Below, one piece after another: positions 43,080 through 54,244 of a stretch of 64,000 nucleotides of DNA (positions are counted from its first letter, which is position 1; each line of letters opens with the position of its first letter). The stretch comes from an uncultured Acidobacteriaceae bacterium (GTDB taxonomy: Bacteria > Acidobacteriota > Terriglobia > Terriglobales > Acidobacteriaceae), in the NCBI GenBank assembly GCA_963832035.1, contig CAWHSK010000001.1, positions 101,185 through 165,184 of the forward strand. Direction: 5' to 3'. The notes beneath the pieces are model-generated. The model worked only from the letters and a program-made list of their open reading frames with translations, searched no databases and was not told the origin of the DNA. Both the position numbers and the translations under genes were made by a program.

Positions 43080-43502
43080 ATGGGACCTGCTGAATTCCCC
43101 GATTGTTCAGGCACCGGGGGCGAAGCCGGTGGGCTTGCATGGAGACGGGTTTGCACGGGGCTGGTGATTGCCGCTGTCTTCGCGTGCCTCGCACAGTTCG
43201 GACACCCTGCGAACGCTGCGGCCGGGCAGACCAATGCGGCGCCCCAGGCAGAGGGGAACGCCCAGCCGCAGGCGGACAAGGGCAAAGACTCAGGGAAAAG
43301 CGCCCAGGCTGAGATCGAGCGGAAGAAGCAGATATCCGACGAAAGTACACGACTGCTGGCCATGGCAATTGCCCTGAAAGCCGAAGTGGACAAGACGACC
43401 AAAGATACGTTGTCTCTGAACGTGATTCGCAAAGCGGACGAGATCGAAAGGCTGGCGAAGACCGTTAAAGAAAAGATGAAGCAGGGTTCGGGACCGGGTT
43501 AA
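43080..43502 (+). CDS. Secreted helical hypothetical protein, paralog 1
   Basis: GAGGAGG RBS; signal-like segment, then ERKKQISDESTRLL...EIERLAKTVKEKM. Confidence 0.75.
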   Translation: MGPAEFPDCSGTGGEAGGLAWRRVCTGLVIAAVFACLAQFGHPANAAAGQTNAAPQAEGNAQPQADKGKDSGKSAQAEIERKKQISDESTRLLAMAIALKAEVDKTTKDTLSLNVIRKADEIERLAKTVKEKMKQGSGPG

Positions 43503-43512
43503 CGGAGTTGCC

Positions 43513-43914
43513 ATGGCCGTGTTTGAACTGAGGTTGGAGAGGTGGATGTTCGCAGCCGGCATGATTGCTGTGGCTTGCGTTGCCGCAGGCAAGGGATACG
43601 GACAGCAAGGGGCTGCGCAGGTTGCTCCAAAACCGATTGTCATTCCCAACCGCACGCTCGATTCGCATGAGCTGAACGACCTGGCCGAGAAGAACGCAAG
43701 AAAGAAAAACTATGAAGCCGCGAATGTTGAGCGAAAGCGCGTTATCGATGATGAAACCAACAAGCTACTGATCCTGGCGCGGGATCTGAAGATGAAAACC
43801 GATGATCTCGGGAGTGCTCCGCCGACGCAAACGATGGTGCGCGAGGCAGAAGTGATTGAGTTGCTGGCAAACGACGTGAAGGCAAAGATGAAGCTGACCG
43901 TCAGCTCAGACTGA
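43513..43914 (+). CDS. Secreted helical hypothetical protein, paralog 2
   Basis: Signal-like segment; ERKRVIDDETNKLL...VIELLANDVKAKM. Confidence 0.75.
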   Translation: MAVFELRLERWMFAAGMIAVACVAAGKGYGQQGAAQVAPKPIVIPNRTLDSHELNDLAEKNARKKNYEAANVERKRVIDDETNKLLILARDLKMKTDDLGSAPPTQTMVREAEVIELLANDVKAKMKLTVSSD

Positions 43915-43947
43915 GGGGCGGACTGACGAGTCGGGGGGCCTGATGCA

Positions 43948-44388
43948 ATGAAGCTCAGTTCGGTTTGGAATTCGGGGATGGTCGGAGTTGCCGGGTTGGT
44001 TTTGACTGCAGCGTTGTTTGGCTGGTCACAGTATTCGCCTACTGCGAACAGCGGCGGACTCCAGCCAAATTCACACTCACAGGGAAGCGGGCTGACCGGA
44101 AGCATCGAAACAGATTCCGTTTTCATTGAGAAGCGCCAACGAGCTCTGAATGCGGACCGCCAGAAGTCCATGGTGTCTGACGCCGACAAACTGGTAAAAC
44201 TGGCTCGTCAGCTCGACGCGGAGATCGCATCTAACCCAACGGAACGGTTGACGTCTGAGGAACTGCATAAGGTCGCGGAGATCGAGAAACTGGCACACAG
44301 CGTGAAATCGAAGATGGCTCAATCATTTGGAGGGGGCCCGCAGTTTCAGCCAACGCCATCTCCAATTGGGAATTCACGGATACAGTGA
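43948..44388 (+). CDS. Secreted helical hypothetical protein, paralog 3
   Basis: Signal-like segment; DRQKSMVSDADKLV...EIEKLAHSVKSKM. Confidence 0.75.
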   Translation: MKLSSVWNSGMVGVAGLVLTAALFGWSQYSPTANSGGLQPNSHSQGSGLTGSIETDSVFIEKRQRALNADRQKSMVSDADKLVKLARQLDAEIASNPTERLTSEELHKVAEIEKLAHSVKSKMAQSFGGGPQFQPTPSPIGNSRIQ

Positions 44389-44456
44389 CGATTGTTACAA
44401 TATTTGTATAGAGATATATAGACTCGAAGGGCTTCAAAAAGAACCCGAACCTTGGA

Positions 44457-46667
44457 GTGAGACAAATGGGACTTGCGGTTTCCAGCGCCCACGCGCCGAC
44501 GACGGCAGATGCCACTGGCAGCCTGAGCGCACAGGAGCTGATCAACATCTATCGGCTCATGTATTTGTCTCGCCGGATCGACGATCGCGAGATATCTCTT
44601 AAGAAGCAGCAAAAGACGTTTTTTCAGATATCCGCGGCCGGCCACGAGGCGTTACAGGTGGGTGCGGCCCTTGCTCTCAAGCCGGGATATGACTGGTTTT
44701 TTCCTTATTATCGGGACCGGGCACTGTGCCTGGCATTGGGCGTGACGCCTACCGATATGTTTCTGCAGGCTGTGGGCGCGGGCACCGATCCGGCGAGCGG
44801 CGGACGGCAGATGCCGACACATTGGAGCAGCCGCCCTTTGCATATTGTGAGTACGTCGTCGTCGACGGCGACGCAGATTCTGCACGCGGTGGGATGCGCT
44901 GAAGCGGGGCAGTACTTCGCTCGGCATCCTGAAGCTGCGGCGAAAGTCGAAGGCGACTATCGCGCTCACAACGAAGTGACGTTTCACGGCGATGAAGTGG
45001 TTCTCGCGTGCATCGGAGAGGGCTCAACTTCGCAGGGTGAGTTCTGGGAAGCGTTGAACACGGCATCAAATCGAAAGCTTCCGGTGATCTTCATGGTGGA
45101 AGACAACGGGTATGCGATCAGTGTCCCGGTGGAGGTGAACACGCCGGGTGGCAACATATCGCGCCTGGTCGCCAATTTTCCAAACTTCCACTTTGAAGAG
45201 ATTGACGGCACCGATGCGGAGGCGAGCCTGCGTGCATTCCAGAGAGCTGCAGAACATTGCCGCGCGGGACTGGGACCGGCATTTGTTCACGGTCATTGCG
45301 TGAGGATTTATTCACATTCACAGTCGGATGATGACAAGCTTTATCGTTCTGCAGCGGAGCGCGAAGCCGACGCGATGCGCGACCCGATTGCGAAGCTGCA
45401 AATGCGCCTGCTGCGCGAGGGCATTCTGACGGATGAGCAGATTACCGCTCTGGAAAAGGAAGCGGAGCGCGAGGCGGCCGAAGCGGCCGAACGTGCGCTG
45501 GAAGCGCCCCTGCCGGAGATCGCGAGTATTCCGCGGCATGTTTACTCAGAAGACCTTGATCCGACGCGTGCGGCCTTTGCGACGGAAACTGCGCAGGCGG
45601 CGGGCACAGGACCCGGGAAGTCTGCGAGCGGGAAAGGCAGCGCCCCGCGTACGATGGCCGACCTGATCAACTCCTGTCTGCATGATGAGATGAGCCGCGA
45701 TCCTCGGATTATCGTGTATGGCGAGGATGTTGCCGATGCGAGCCGGGAAGAGGCTCTCTCCGAGGTCAAGGGGAAAGGCGGCGTCTTCAAGCTGACTTCG
45801 GGGTTGCAGACTGCTTTCGGTTCCGAGCGCGTGTTCAACTCGCCTTTGGCTGAGGCCAATATTGTGGGGCGTGCTGTGGGGTACGCTGTGCGCGGGATGA
45901 AGCCTGTGGTTGAAATTCAGTTCTTCGACTACATCTGGCCCGCCGTGCATCAGATCCACAACGAACTCGCGCTGATGCGGTGGCGCTCCAATGGGGCGTG
46001 GGCATCTCCGGCGGTGATTCGAGTGCCGATCGGCGGATACCTAACAGGCGGTGCGATTTATCACTCGCAGTCTGGCGAAAGCATCTTCACGCATATTCCG
46101 GGGCTGCGTGTTGTTTTTCCGTCGAATGCGCTGGATGCCAATGGCCTGCTGAGAACCGCAATTCGCTGCGACGATCCTGTGCTGTTCCTTGAGCACAAGC
46201 GGCTCTATCGTGAGTCGTACGGGCGGGCACCGTATCCGGGACCTGACTTTGCGATTCCATTCGGCAAGGCGAAGATTGTCAGGCCGGGCACCCATATGAC
46301 CCTGGTGACTTATGGGGCGCTGGTGCCTCGCGCTTTGCAGGCCGCGCAAACGGCGAGCCGCGAGAAGGGCATCGAGGTTGAGGTGATCGACCTGCGTACG
46401 CTGAGTCCGTACGACTGGGACGCAATCGCGACCTCGGTTCGCAAGACGAGTCGGGTGATTGTGGCGCATGAGGACATGCTGAGCTGGGGATATGGCGCAG
46501 AGATTGCGGCACGGATCGCCGACGAACTGTTTGACGAGCTCGACGCGCCTGTGAAGAGAATTGGCGCGATGGACACCTTTGTTGCTTACCAGCCGGTGCT
46601 TGAGGACGCGATTCTGCCCCAGCCGGATACGGTGCTGAGGGCCATTCAGGAGTTGCACTCGTACTGA
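44457..46667 (+). CDS. 2-oxoacid dehydrogenase E1 component, fused alpha and beta subunits (branched-chain/pyruvate type)
   Basis: [16 protein letters not shown]...NGYAIS TPP motif, YSHSQSDD; beta part [21 protein letters not shown] and HSQS. Confidence 0.92.
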   Translation: MRQMGLAVSSAHAPTTADATGSLSAQELINIYRLMYLSRRIDDREISLKKQQKTFFQISAAGHEALQVGAALALKPGYDWFFPYYRDRALCLALGVTPTDMFLQAVGAGTDPASGGRQMPTHWSSRPLHIVSTSSSTATQILHAVGCAEAGQYFARHPEAAAKVEGDYRAHNEVTFHGDEVVLACIGEGSTSQGEFWEALNTASNRKLPVIFMVEDNGYAISVPVEVNTPGGNISRLVANFPNFHFEEIDGTDAEASLRAFQRAAEHCRAGLGPAFVHGHCVRIYSHSQSDDDKLYRSAAEREADAMRDPIAKLQMRLLREGILTDEQITALEKEAEREAAEAAERALEAPLPEIASIPRHVYSEDLDPTRAAFATETAQAAGTGPGKSASGKGSAPRTMADLINSCLHDEMSRDPRIIVYGEDVADASREEALSEVKGKGGVFKLTSGLQTAFGSERVFNSPLAEANIVGRAVGYAVRGMKPVVEIQFFDYIWPAVHQIHNELALMRWRSNGAWASPAVIRVPIGGYLTGGAIYHSQSGESIFTHIPGLRVVFPSNALDANGLLRTAIRCDDPVLFLEHKRLYRESYGRAPYPGPDFAIPFGKAKIVRPGTHMTLVTYGALVPRALQAAQTASREKGIEVEVIDLRTLSPYDWDAIATSVRKTSRVIVAHEDMLSWGYGAEIAARIADELFDELDAPVKRIGAMDTFVAYQPVLEDAILPQPDTVLRAIQELHSY

Positions 46668-46800
46668 GTTCCTTGTCCTGGTAGGGCAGGCCGGACTTCA
46701 GCTTGGCCCAGATACAATACTGGGATGGGCACCCATCCTGAAGATAGCCTGCGGCATCGGCCAATTTGGAGCATCCCGGCAGGCGGGCGGAACTGGCAGC

Positions 46801-48705
46801 ATGAGTAGTTTTTTCCGCCTAGTTCGCTACGGGCTGCCCTATTCCCTGCAATGGGCGCTGGGCGTTGTTCTGCTGGCCGCTGTGGGCGTTCTCGACACCT
46901 TCCGCGTACTTCTGCTGCAACCCGTTTTCGACCAGGTTCTGCGGCCCGATGCCCCGGAAGGACCGATCATTCTGGGGCTGCCGAACAGCCGTTGGCACTT
47001 TGACCTCAGGACGTTCGTTCCGCATTTTCTCCACATGCACAATGCGTGGACGGTTGTGGCGACGTCGATTATTGCAGCGACGATCGCAAAGGGAGTGTGC
47101 GACTATCTCGGCACCTACCTGGTGAGCTACGCGGGATACGGGATGATTACCGATTTGAGGAATCACCTGTATGAGGCCACGCTCCGCCGTTCCTCAAGCT
47201 TCTTTCACAAGCACGCAACGGGGACAATTCTCTCCACGCTGATCAACGATGTGGATCGCGTGCAGCTTGCGCTGAGTTCGGTTATCGGCGAATTTCTGCA
47301 GCAGTTTTTTACGTTCCTTGTGGGAATCGTTTTCGTGATTCGCCTTGGCGGACATTTGAGCTGGGCGCTTGTGTTGTTTGTTCCGGTAGTGATTACTTCG
47401 GCACGAAAGATAGGGCGGGAGGTTCGCACACGCACGCGGACGGGCCAGGACAAGCTCGCCGAGATTCAGAACATCCTGCACGAGACTGTCACCGGCAATC
47501 GCATTGTGAAGGCGTTCAACACTGAGATCTGGGAGATTCTCCGATTCAAGCGCGCCGCCAAACGACTCTTCCGGGCGAACCTGCGCAATGTGCGGATCCA
47601 GTCGATCAGTTCGCCGTTGATGGACACTATCGGCGCTATCGCCATCGCAATGTTTCTTCTCGTCGGGCGCAATGAGATTCAGCACGGCCGTATGACGATG
47701 GGGCTTTTCGGCGCTTTCATCTTTCTGTTGTTCAAGCTTTACGATCCGGTTCGGAAGTTTGCGTATTTCTATAACAGCTTTCAGCAGGCGATGGGTGCTT
47801 CGGCTTCGATTTTTGGGTTCTTCGATACCAAGGATGACGTGAAGGAGATGCCGCATGCCGCGGCGATGCCGCAATTTTCGAATTCCATACGGTTTGAGAA
47901 TGTCGGTTTTTCGTATTCAACGGAGAAGGGCGAAGAGCAGATTCTGCATAATGTGGACCTCGATGTGCGAGCGGGCGAGCTGCTGGCACTGGTGGGACCG
48001 AGCGGTGCAGGGAAGTCGACGCTGGTGAATTTAATTCCGCGTTTCTTCGACGTGACGTCGGGGCGCATCCTGATTGACGGGCGCGATATTCGCGAGATGA
48101 CTTTGAGCTCATTGCGTCGCCAGGTCGCACAAGTTACGCAGGAAACAATTCTGTTCAACGACACTGTGCGCAACAATATTGCGTACGGCCAACCCGATAC
48201 GAAGAATGAGCTGGTGGAGCAAGCGGCGAGGAACGCGCTGGCGCATGACTTCATCATGCGTATGCCGCAGGGCTATGCAACGGTGGTTGGCGAAAAGGGC
48301 TTTCGGCTGTCGGGAGGCGAAAAGCAGCGATTGGCGATTGCGCGCGCAATTCTGAAGAACGCTCCTATTCTCATTCTCGATGAGGCCACTTCGGCGCTCG
48401 ATGCAGAGAGCGAGTCGCTGGTGCAGTCTGCACTGTCGAACCTGATGCAGAACCGGACCGTAGTGGTGATTGCGCACCGGCTTGGCACGATCCGTCGCGC
48501 CAATCGAATCGCCGTGCTGGAGCGCGGACGCATTACGGCCATCGGCTCGCATGAAGAGTTGCTGACAACTTCACCCACTTACCAGAGGCTGTATCAACTG
48601 CAATTCATGGATGTGCCCGAGCAGGAAGATTCTGTGGAGACCGAATCACAGGCTCTGGATCGGCTTTTACAGCCGACGCTCTGGGCCGATGCAGAGGAAA
48701 AGTAA
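46801..48705 (+). CDS. MsbA-like ABC exporter (permease plus ATPase)
   Basis: Six TM segments, GPSGAGKST, LSGGEKQRLAIAR, LDEATSALD and IAHRL. Confidence 0.9.
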   Translation: MSSFFRLVRYGLPYSLQWALGVVLLAAVGVLDTFRVLLLQPVFDQVLRPDAPEGPIILGLPNSRWHFDLRTFVPHFLHMHNAWTVVATSIIAATIAKGVCDYLGTYLVSYAGYGMITDLRNHLYEATLRRSSSFFHKHATGTILSTLINDVDRVQLALSSVIGEFLQQFFTFLVGIVFVIRLGGHLSWALVLFVPVVITSARKIGREVRTRTRTGQDKLAEIQNILHETVTGNRIVKAFNTEIWEILRFKRAAKRLFRANLRNVRIQSISSPLMDTIGAIAIAMFLLVGRNEIQHGRMTMGLFGAFIFLLFKLYDPVRKFAYFYNSFQQAMGASASIFGFFDTKDDVKEMPHAAAMPQFSNSIRFENVGFSYSTEKGEEQILHNVDLDVRAGELLALVGPSGAGKSTLVNLIPRFFDVTSGRILIDGRDIREMTLSSLRRQVAQVTQETILFNDTVRNNIAYGQPDTKNELVEQAARNALAHDFIMRMPQGYATVVGEKGFRLSGGEKQRLAIARAILKNAPILILDEATSALDAESESLVQSALSNLMQNRTVVVIAHRLGTIRRANRIAVLERGRITAIGSHEELLTTSPTYQRLYQLQFMDVPEQEDSVETESQALDRLLQPTLWADAEEK

Positions 48706-48707
48706 GT

Positions 48708-49607
48708 ATGGCTATTTATTCGATGACCGGATTTGCGCGGACGCTGGTTCGCGTGCACGATCAGCTTGCGTATACGCTCAGTGTGAAAAGCGTGAATCAT
48801 CGTTTTCTCGATATCCAGTTGCGTTTGCCGGTTGGGCTGGATGCACTGGAGATGGAGATGCGCCGCGTGCTGAAAGAGAGCCTGGTGCGCGGGCACGTGG
48901 AATTGACGCTTTCAGTCGATCGCTCCGTGCAACAGAAGTCAGGCTATAACCGCGAAATGGTAGCCGGATATCTGGATGCGTTCAAGCAGGCGCGCGCTGA
49001 GTTTCGTTTGAAGGGCGAGCCGGATTTGAATGTGGCGTTGCGCATGCCGGGAGCGCTGCAATCGGAAACACGCAACAACTCCGAGGAAGATGTTGCCGCG
49101 CTGACAGAAAGCGCCGTGCGCGAGATCGGGCCGCTGCTTGAAGAGCTTAAGGTGATGCGTGCTCGAGAAGGTGAATCGCTCGAGGCTATTCTGCGCGCGT
49201 GTCTCTCTCGTTTGGCTGAAGCGGTGGAGGGAGTGGCAGCAATGCGGCCGGAGGTGGAGCAGCGCTACCAGGAGCGGCTTACACAGCGACTGACCGCCGC
49301 GACGGGGAACGAGTTTAACCGGCAGCGCTTGCTCGAAGAGGTGGCCGTGCTCGTGGACCATAGCGACATTTCGGAAGAGCTGGAACGCATGGTGACGCAT
49401 ATCGGACACTTTCGCGAAGTGCTGACGGCGGGCGGGGAAGTGGGCAAGAAGCTGGACTTTCTGCTGCAGGAGATGAATCGCGAGGCCAACACGCTGCTGT
49501 CCAAGACCGGGGGCGTGGGCGGCAAGGGAACAAAGATCACGGAACTTGGGCTGGGCATGAAGGCCGATATCGAGAAAGCTCGCGAGCAGGTTCAGAACGC
49601 GGAATAG
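48708..49607 (+). CDS. yicC: YicC/YloC-family endoribonuclease
   Basis: SMTGF, SVNHRFLDI, RGHVE, DISEELER, GKKLDFLLQEMNREANT and REQVQNAE; upstream of gmk. Confidence 0.92.
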   Translation: MAIYSMTGFARTLVRVHDQLAYTLSVKSVNHRFLDIQLRLPVGLDALEMEMRRVLKESLVRGHVELTLSVDRSVQQKSGYNREMVAGYLDAFKQARAEFRLKGEPDLNVALRMPGALQSETRNNSEEDVAALTESAVREIGPLLEELKVMRAREGESLEAILRACLSRLAEAVEGVAAMRPEVEQRYQERLTQRLTAATGNEFNRQRLLEEVAVLVDHSDISEELERMVTHIGHFREVLTAGGEVGKKLDFLLQEMNREANTLLSKTGGVGGKGTKITELGLGMKADIEKAREQVQNAE

Positions 49608-49655
49608 CGGCATCAGAAGAACGAGTTGACAGAACGACGAAAGGGATCATCGCAC

Positions 49656-50396
49656 GTGGCAGGAATTCTATTTATTATTTCGGCGCCATCGGGCTCAGGC
49701 AAGAGCACCCTCGTAAGCGAACTTCGCAAGCAAGTGAGGGACGTCGATTTCTCCATCTCGTGGACCACGCGACCGCCGCGTGGATCAGAGGAGCATGGGC
49801 GCGAGTACTATTTCACCAGCCGCGATGAATTTGAGCGCATGATCGCGGAGGGCAAATTTCTGGAGCACGCCGAGGTGTTCGGCAACTACTACGGAACCGC
49901 ACGCCAGTCGCTCGAAGATGCGCGGCGCCTGGGGCACGACCTGCTGCTTGATATTGACGTACAGGGGGCGGCGCAGGTCCGTGCAATGATGCCTGAGGCG
50001 GTAAGCATTTTCGTCCTTGCGCCGAAGCCGAAGGAACTGCGAACGCGGCTGCGTAACCGGAGCCGCGCGGAAGGTGTTGTAAATGAAGCGGAACTTTACC
50101 GAAGGCTATCAGAAGCCATCAAGGAAATTGAGAATTATCGTGAATACAGCTATATTCTCATCAACGACATTCTTGATCGGGCAGTAGCGCAACTTGAGGC
50201 GATTGTGCTGAGCGAGCGTTACTATCGCAATGCCGAGCCGATTGCCTATCGTTCGAGCAGAGTGTTGGAGGTCGCCGCGGGCTGCAGGTTGTCAAACTCG
50301 CGGGAGCGGCTAAAACCTGTGCTGGAAGCCTTCGGGATTGAAGGTGGCTCCGGCCAGCAACAACTTCCCTTTGGAGAGGATCCCGATGACGATTGA
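49656..50396 (+). CDS. gmk: Guanylate kinase
   Basis: ISAPSGSGKST, SWTTRPPRG, YYFT, YYGT and LDIDVQGA. Confidence 0.95.
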   Translation: MAGILFIISAPSGSGKSTLVSELRKQVRDVDFSISWTTRPPRGSEEHGREYYFTSRDEFERMIAEGKFLEHAEVFGNYYGTARQSLEDARRLGHDLLLDIDVQGAAQVRAMMPEAVSIFVLAPKPKELRTRLRNRSRAEGVVNEAELYRRLSEAIKEIENYREYSYILINDILDRAVAQLEAIVLSERYYRNAEPIAYRSSRVLEVAAGCRLSNSRERLKPVLEAFGIEGGSGQQQLPFGEDPDDD

Positions 50397-50610
50397 AACA
50401 AGCTTCGATTCGAACTACCGCAAGGTACTTGTGGCAGCACGTCGTGCACGTCAGATCCAGAGCGGCTCAGCCGCCCTCGTCCACACTCATTCGACTAAGG
50501 CATGCCGCATCGCGCAGGATGAAATCGAAGCCGGCAAGATTTCTTATGTGAAGAAAGAACAGCCGATTGTAAAGCCGCTGGTGGCTGAGACCGGCATTCC
50601 GATCCTCTAG
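50386..50610 (+). CDS. rpoZ: RNA polymerase omega subunit
   Basis: NYRKVLVAARRARQI...IAQDEI pattern; gmk-rpoZ-coaBC gene order. Confidence 0.9.
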   Translation: MTIETSFDSNYRKVLVAARRARQIQSGSAALVHTHSTKACRIAQDEIEAGKISYVKKEQPIVKPLVAETGIPIL

Positions 50611-50749
50611 CCTGCAAGTGTTGGGGGATCACGGGCTTTTAGACTTTCCCCCTTCTTTCAGCCAGCGATCTCGCGGCGCACGTGTGTATTACGTGCGTAA
50701 AGGGTGTGCGCCATATCGCGTCAATTCAAGTCGGACTACAATCGTATAT

Positions 50750-52048
50750 ATGCGAGTGACGGTCGGCGTTTCCGGGGGCATTGCAGCGTACAAAGCAGCG
50801 GAACTGGTGCGCGCATTGCAACGGCGTGGCATGGAAGTGCACGTGGTGATGACGGAGGCGGCAACCCGCTTTGTGCAGCCGCTCACTTTCGCGGCACTTA
50901 CCGGCCACCGCGTGATCGCCAGCCTTTGGGATGAATCGGACACAAACGAAGCCAGCTACGAATCCTCAATTGAACACATCGGTGAAGCGCAATGGACTGA
51001 GGGGCTGGTTGTGGCTCCCGCGACCGCCGACGTTCTGGCGAAATTTGCGCAGGGTATCGCCAACGATTTTTTGACGACGATGTATCTCGCCACACGCGCG
51101 CCTGTTCTTGTTGCTCCGGCGATGAACGTGAACATGTGGCAGCATCCGGCCGTGCAAGCCAATCTCGATATTCTGCGCCAACGCGGCGTGCGCGTTATCG
51201 ACCCCGGCACCGGTGACCTGGCATGCGGCATGGTCGGAGAGGGACGAATGGCAGAGCCCGAAGCGATTGCCGACGTCGTGTTCCAGTCAATGGGCCGCCG
51301 CAATGATCTTGCGGGCGAGACGGTTCTGGTGACAGCGGGCGGCACGCGTGAGGCACTCGACCCGGTGCGCTATATCGGCAACCGCTCCAGCGGCAAGATG
51401 GGGTATGCACTAGCCGATGCAGCGCAAAGTCGAGGCGCCAAAGTGATTCTCATCAGCGGGCCATCGGCGCTGCATCCGCCGGCACGCTGCGAAGTGGTGC
51501 ATGTGATCACCGCCGCCGAGATGCGCAAGGCTGTTCTCGAACGCATGGTGGAAGCGACCATGGTAATTAAGGCTGCGGCTGTCGCGGACTATCGTCCCGT
51601 CATCGTCTCGGAGCAGAAGCTGAAGCGCACGGGACCTTTGACGCTGGAGCTTGCGCCCACTGAAGATATTTTGGCGGAAGTTACGAAGCAGCGCCGGCCG
51701 GGTCAGCTGATTGTGGGCTTCGCCGCCGAGACACAGAACACGATGGAGAATGGCCGCGCCAAGCTCCTGCGCAAAGGCGCCGATGCGATTGTCGTGAATG
51801 ATGTGTCGGGCGAGGGCGTCGGCATTGACTCCGACCGCAATGCTGCGACGTTTCTTACGCCTTCAACCTCCATCGAGCTTCCGGAGATGACGAAGCGCAA
51901 GCTTGCCGACCGCATCCTCGATGAGATTTCCGCACTGCGACGGCCGCGGCCACTGGTTTTTGAAGTGGACGAAGGCTCGCCGCAGGATAAGATTCTCAAA
52001 GAGTCTGTTGCACCCACCATCTCACGCCGCCAGATCATCGTGGAGTAG
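50750..52048 (+). CDS. coaBC: Bifunctional phosphopantothenoylcysteine decarboxylase/ligase
   Basis: GVSGGIAAYKA, APATAD, APAMNVNM, TAGGTRE..DPVRYIGNRSSGKMG, AAVADY and GFAAET. Confidence 0.96.
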   Translation: MRVTVGVSGGIAAYKAAELVRALQRRGMEVHVVMTEAATRFVQPLTFAALTGHRVIASLWDESDTNEASYESSIEHIGEAQWTEGLVVAPATADVLAKFAQGIANDFLTTMYLATRAPVLVAPAMNVNMWQHPAVQANLDILRQRGVRVIDPGTGDLACGMVGEGRMAEPEAIADVVFQSMGRRNDLAGETVLVTAGGTREALDPVRYIGNRSSGKMGYALADAAQSRGAKVILISGPSALHPPARCEVVHVITAAEMRKAVLERMVEATMVIKAAAVADYRPVIVSEQKLKRTGPLTLELAPTEDILAEVTKQRRPGQLIVGFAAETQNTMENGRAKLLRKGADAIVVNDVSGEGVGIDSDRNAATFLTPSTSIELPEMTKRKLADRILDEISALRRPRPLVFEVDEGSPQDKILKESVAPTISRRQIIVE

Positions 52049-52054
52049 CCCCAA

Positions 52055-52861
52055 TTGCCTGCGCTCGACCCTGCAACTCGCGAGGCGCTCGAAGCGCGCC
52101 TGCGCTTCTACCGCGAACTAGGTCTCACCGATTTCTATCGCAGGCCTGTCGATGCATCGCAGATAATCAATTCGGCCCTTGAACCCGAATCGTCAGACGC
52201 ACCGGCACAGGAGAATACTTCCATTCCACCTCGCAAGACTTTCCAAGCTCCTCCGCCGATCGCTGCTGCGGTCGCATCCATAGACCGCGCCTCGGCCCTT
52301 CAACTCATCAGGGAAGAAATTGGCGACTGTACGCGTTGCGCGCTCCACAAAGGGCGCAGCAAGATTGTGTTTGCGGATGGCGACGCAAACGCGCGCCTGA
52401 TGTTTGTGGGCGAAGGGCCAGGCGCCGACGAGGATGCACAGGGGCTGCCGTTTGTAGGTCGCGCCGGGCAGCTACTCAACAACATGATTGTCGCGATGGG
52501 ACTGAAGCGGGAAGAAGTCTATATTGCCAATGTGGTCAAGTGCCGTCCGCCGCAGAACCGCACGCCGGAGCCTGAGGAAGCGAACACGTGCTCACCGTTT
52601 CTGTTCAGGCAGATTGATGTGGTGCGGCCGGAGGTGATTGTCGCGCTGGGCGCCACCGCGGCAACCTATCTTCTGGGCCAGCGACAACCTCTTGCTGGAT
52701 TGCGGGGCCGCGTACATGCGTTTCGTGGCAGCAAGCTGATTGTGACGTACCATCCGGCGTTTCTTTTGCGCGATCCGCGGCAGAAGAAGGAAGCTTGGGC
52801 GGATTTGCAGATCGCCATGCGTGAGCTGGGCCTTAAGCCGCCCGCGAAGTCAATTTCGTAG
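52055..52861 (+). CDS. udg: Family 4 (Fe-S) uracil-DNA glycosylase
   Basis: CTRCALH, VGEGPGADED, FVGRAGQLL, NVVKCRPP...C and YHPAFLLR. Confidence 0.92.
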   Translation: MPALDPATREALEARLRFYRELGLTDFYRRPVDASQIINSALEPESSDAPAQENTSIPPRKTFQAPPPIAAAVASIDRASALQLIREEIGDCTRCALHKGRSKIVFADGDANARLMFVGEGPGADEDAQGLPFVGRAGQLLNNMIVAMGLKREEVYIANVVKCRPPQNRTPEPEEANTCSPFLFRQIDVVRPEVIVALGATAATYLLGQRQPLAGLRGRVHAFRGSKLIVTYHPAFLLRDPRQKKEAWADLQIAMRELGLKPPAKSIS

Positions 52862-52908
52862 TGTCCTGATCTCACATTGCGAGGGCGAAGATTTATACTC
52901 GCCTCGCC

Positions 52909-54162
52909 ATGTTTCCCAAGCATATTTCTGTTCTCTACCTGGTTCTCGCGATCCTGCTTGCACCCGCGCTCATCGCGCAACCCGGTTTCGTCCACGCCGA
53001 CGGTGTCGAACTCGTGGACGGCTCTGGCAAACCGCTGTTGCTCCGGGGCACGAACCTCGGCAACTGGTTCGAGCCCGAAGGCTACATGTTCCACCTGGAA
53101 GAGTCCGCGCAGAGCCCACGTGAAATCGAAGACCTGAGCCGCGAACTCATTGGTCCCGAGAAAGCGGAAGCCTTCTGGAGGACGTGGCGCGAAGACTACA
53201 TCACCGAGGCCGATATCGACCGCATCAAGGCGATGGGTTTTAACTCGGTGCGCGTACCCATCCACTGGAAGTTCTTCACCGAAGACAACTCAGAAGGCTT
53301 TCGCATGCTCGACCGGCTTGTCGAGTGGGCTCGCAAGGATCACGTTTACATCATTATCGATCTGCACTGTGCCCCCGGTGGGCAGACCGGCACCAACATC
53401 GACGACAGCTATGGGTATCCATGGCTTTACATGAGCACCGAAGCGCAGCAGCAGACTATTGCCGTATGGCGACGGATCGCCGCGCATTTCAGCCGGGAGC
53501 CGATCGTCCTTGGATACGATCTGCTCAATGAGCCGATTCCGCATTTTCAGCAAGTGCAACGATTCAATCCCGACCTCGAGCCACTGTACCGCCGAATCGC
53601 AGCAGCCGTGCGCGAAGTCGACCGCAACCATGTGCTCATCCTCGGCGGCGCACAGTGGGATACCAATTTCAAAGTCTTCGGCAAGCCATTCGACTCGAAC
53701 GTGATGTACACCTTTCACAAGTACTGGACCGCGACAGACGCCAGCGTCATTCGCGAGTACATTGAGTTCCGTGACAAATACAAGGTGCCGATTTGGCTGG
53801 GCGAATCCGGCGAGAACAAGGATGAGTGGATTGCCGGCTTTGTAAAGACGCTCGAAGCCAACCACATCGGCTGGTGCTTCTGGCCGTACAAGAAAATGGA
53901 TGCGACCTCGAGCGAAGTCACATTTGACCGTCCGCTGCATTGGGATGCAATTATCGCGCTGAGCAAAATGGCGGGCGGCACGGGGAATGCAGAAAAGCGC
54001 ATTGCGGCGCGACCCTCTCCTGAGGATGCACAGGCTGCTTTCGAGGATCTGCTGAAAAAGATCCGTTTCTCGAATGAGAAGGTCAACCCGGGTTACGTAC
54101 TAGCTCTCGGTTTGATGGTGCCGGTTTCCCGTCTTCCGACCATGCACGATGTCACTCAATAG
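52909..54162 (+). CDS. Secreted glycoside hydrolase family 5
   Basis: Signal peptide; GTNLGNW, NSVRVPI, IDLHCAPG, LNEP (acid/base), FHKY and WLGESGE (nucleophile). Confidence 0.9.
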   Translation: MFPKHISVLYLVLAILLAPALIAQPGFVHADGVELVDGSGKPLLLRGTNLGNWFEPEGYMFHLEESAQSPREIEDLSRELIGPEKAEAFWRTWREDYITEADIDRIKAMGFNSVRVPIHWKFFTEDNSEGFRMLDRLVEWARKDHVYIIIDLHCAPGGQTGTNIDDSYGYPWLYMSTEAQQQTIAVWRRIAAHFSREPIVLGYDLLNEPIPHFQQVQRFNPDLEPLYRRIAAAVREVDRNHVLILGGAQWDTNFKVFGKPFDSNVMYTFHKYWTATDASVIREYIEFRDKYKVPIWLGESGENKDEWIAGFVKTLEANHIGWCFWPYKKMDATSSEVTFDRPLHWDAIIALSKMAGGTGNAEKRIAARPSPEDAQAAFEDLLKKIRFSNEKVNPGYVLALGLMVPVSRLPTMHDVTQ

Positions 54163-54244
54163 AGGATGCGGATCACCAGGGCGAGTAGAGGCCAAAGACG
54201 GGGTTTCTTCACGGGATATTTCCTACAACTCGAAACGGGAGAGA

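Noticed and set aside
44457-46667. E1 alpha-beta fusion as a novelty
   Set aside because: Fused E1 subunits are already well known in several phyla
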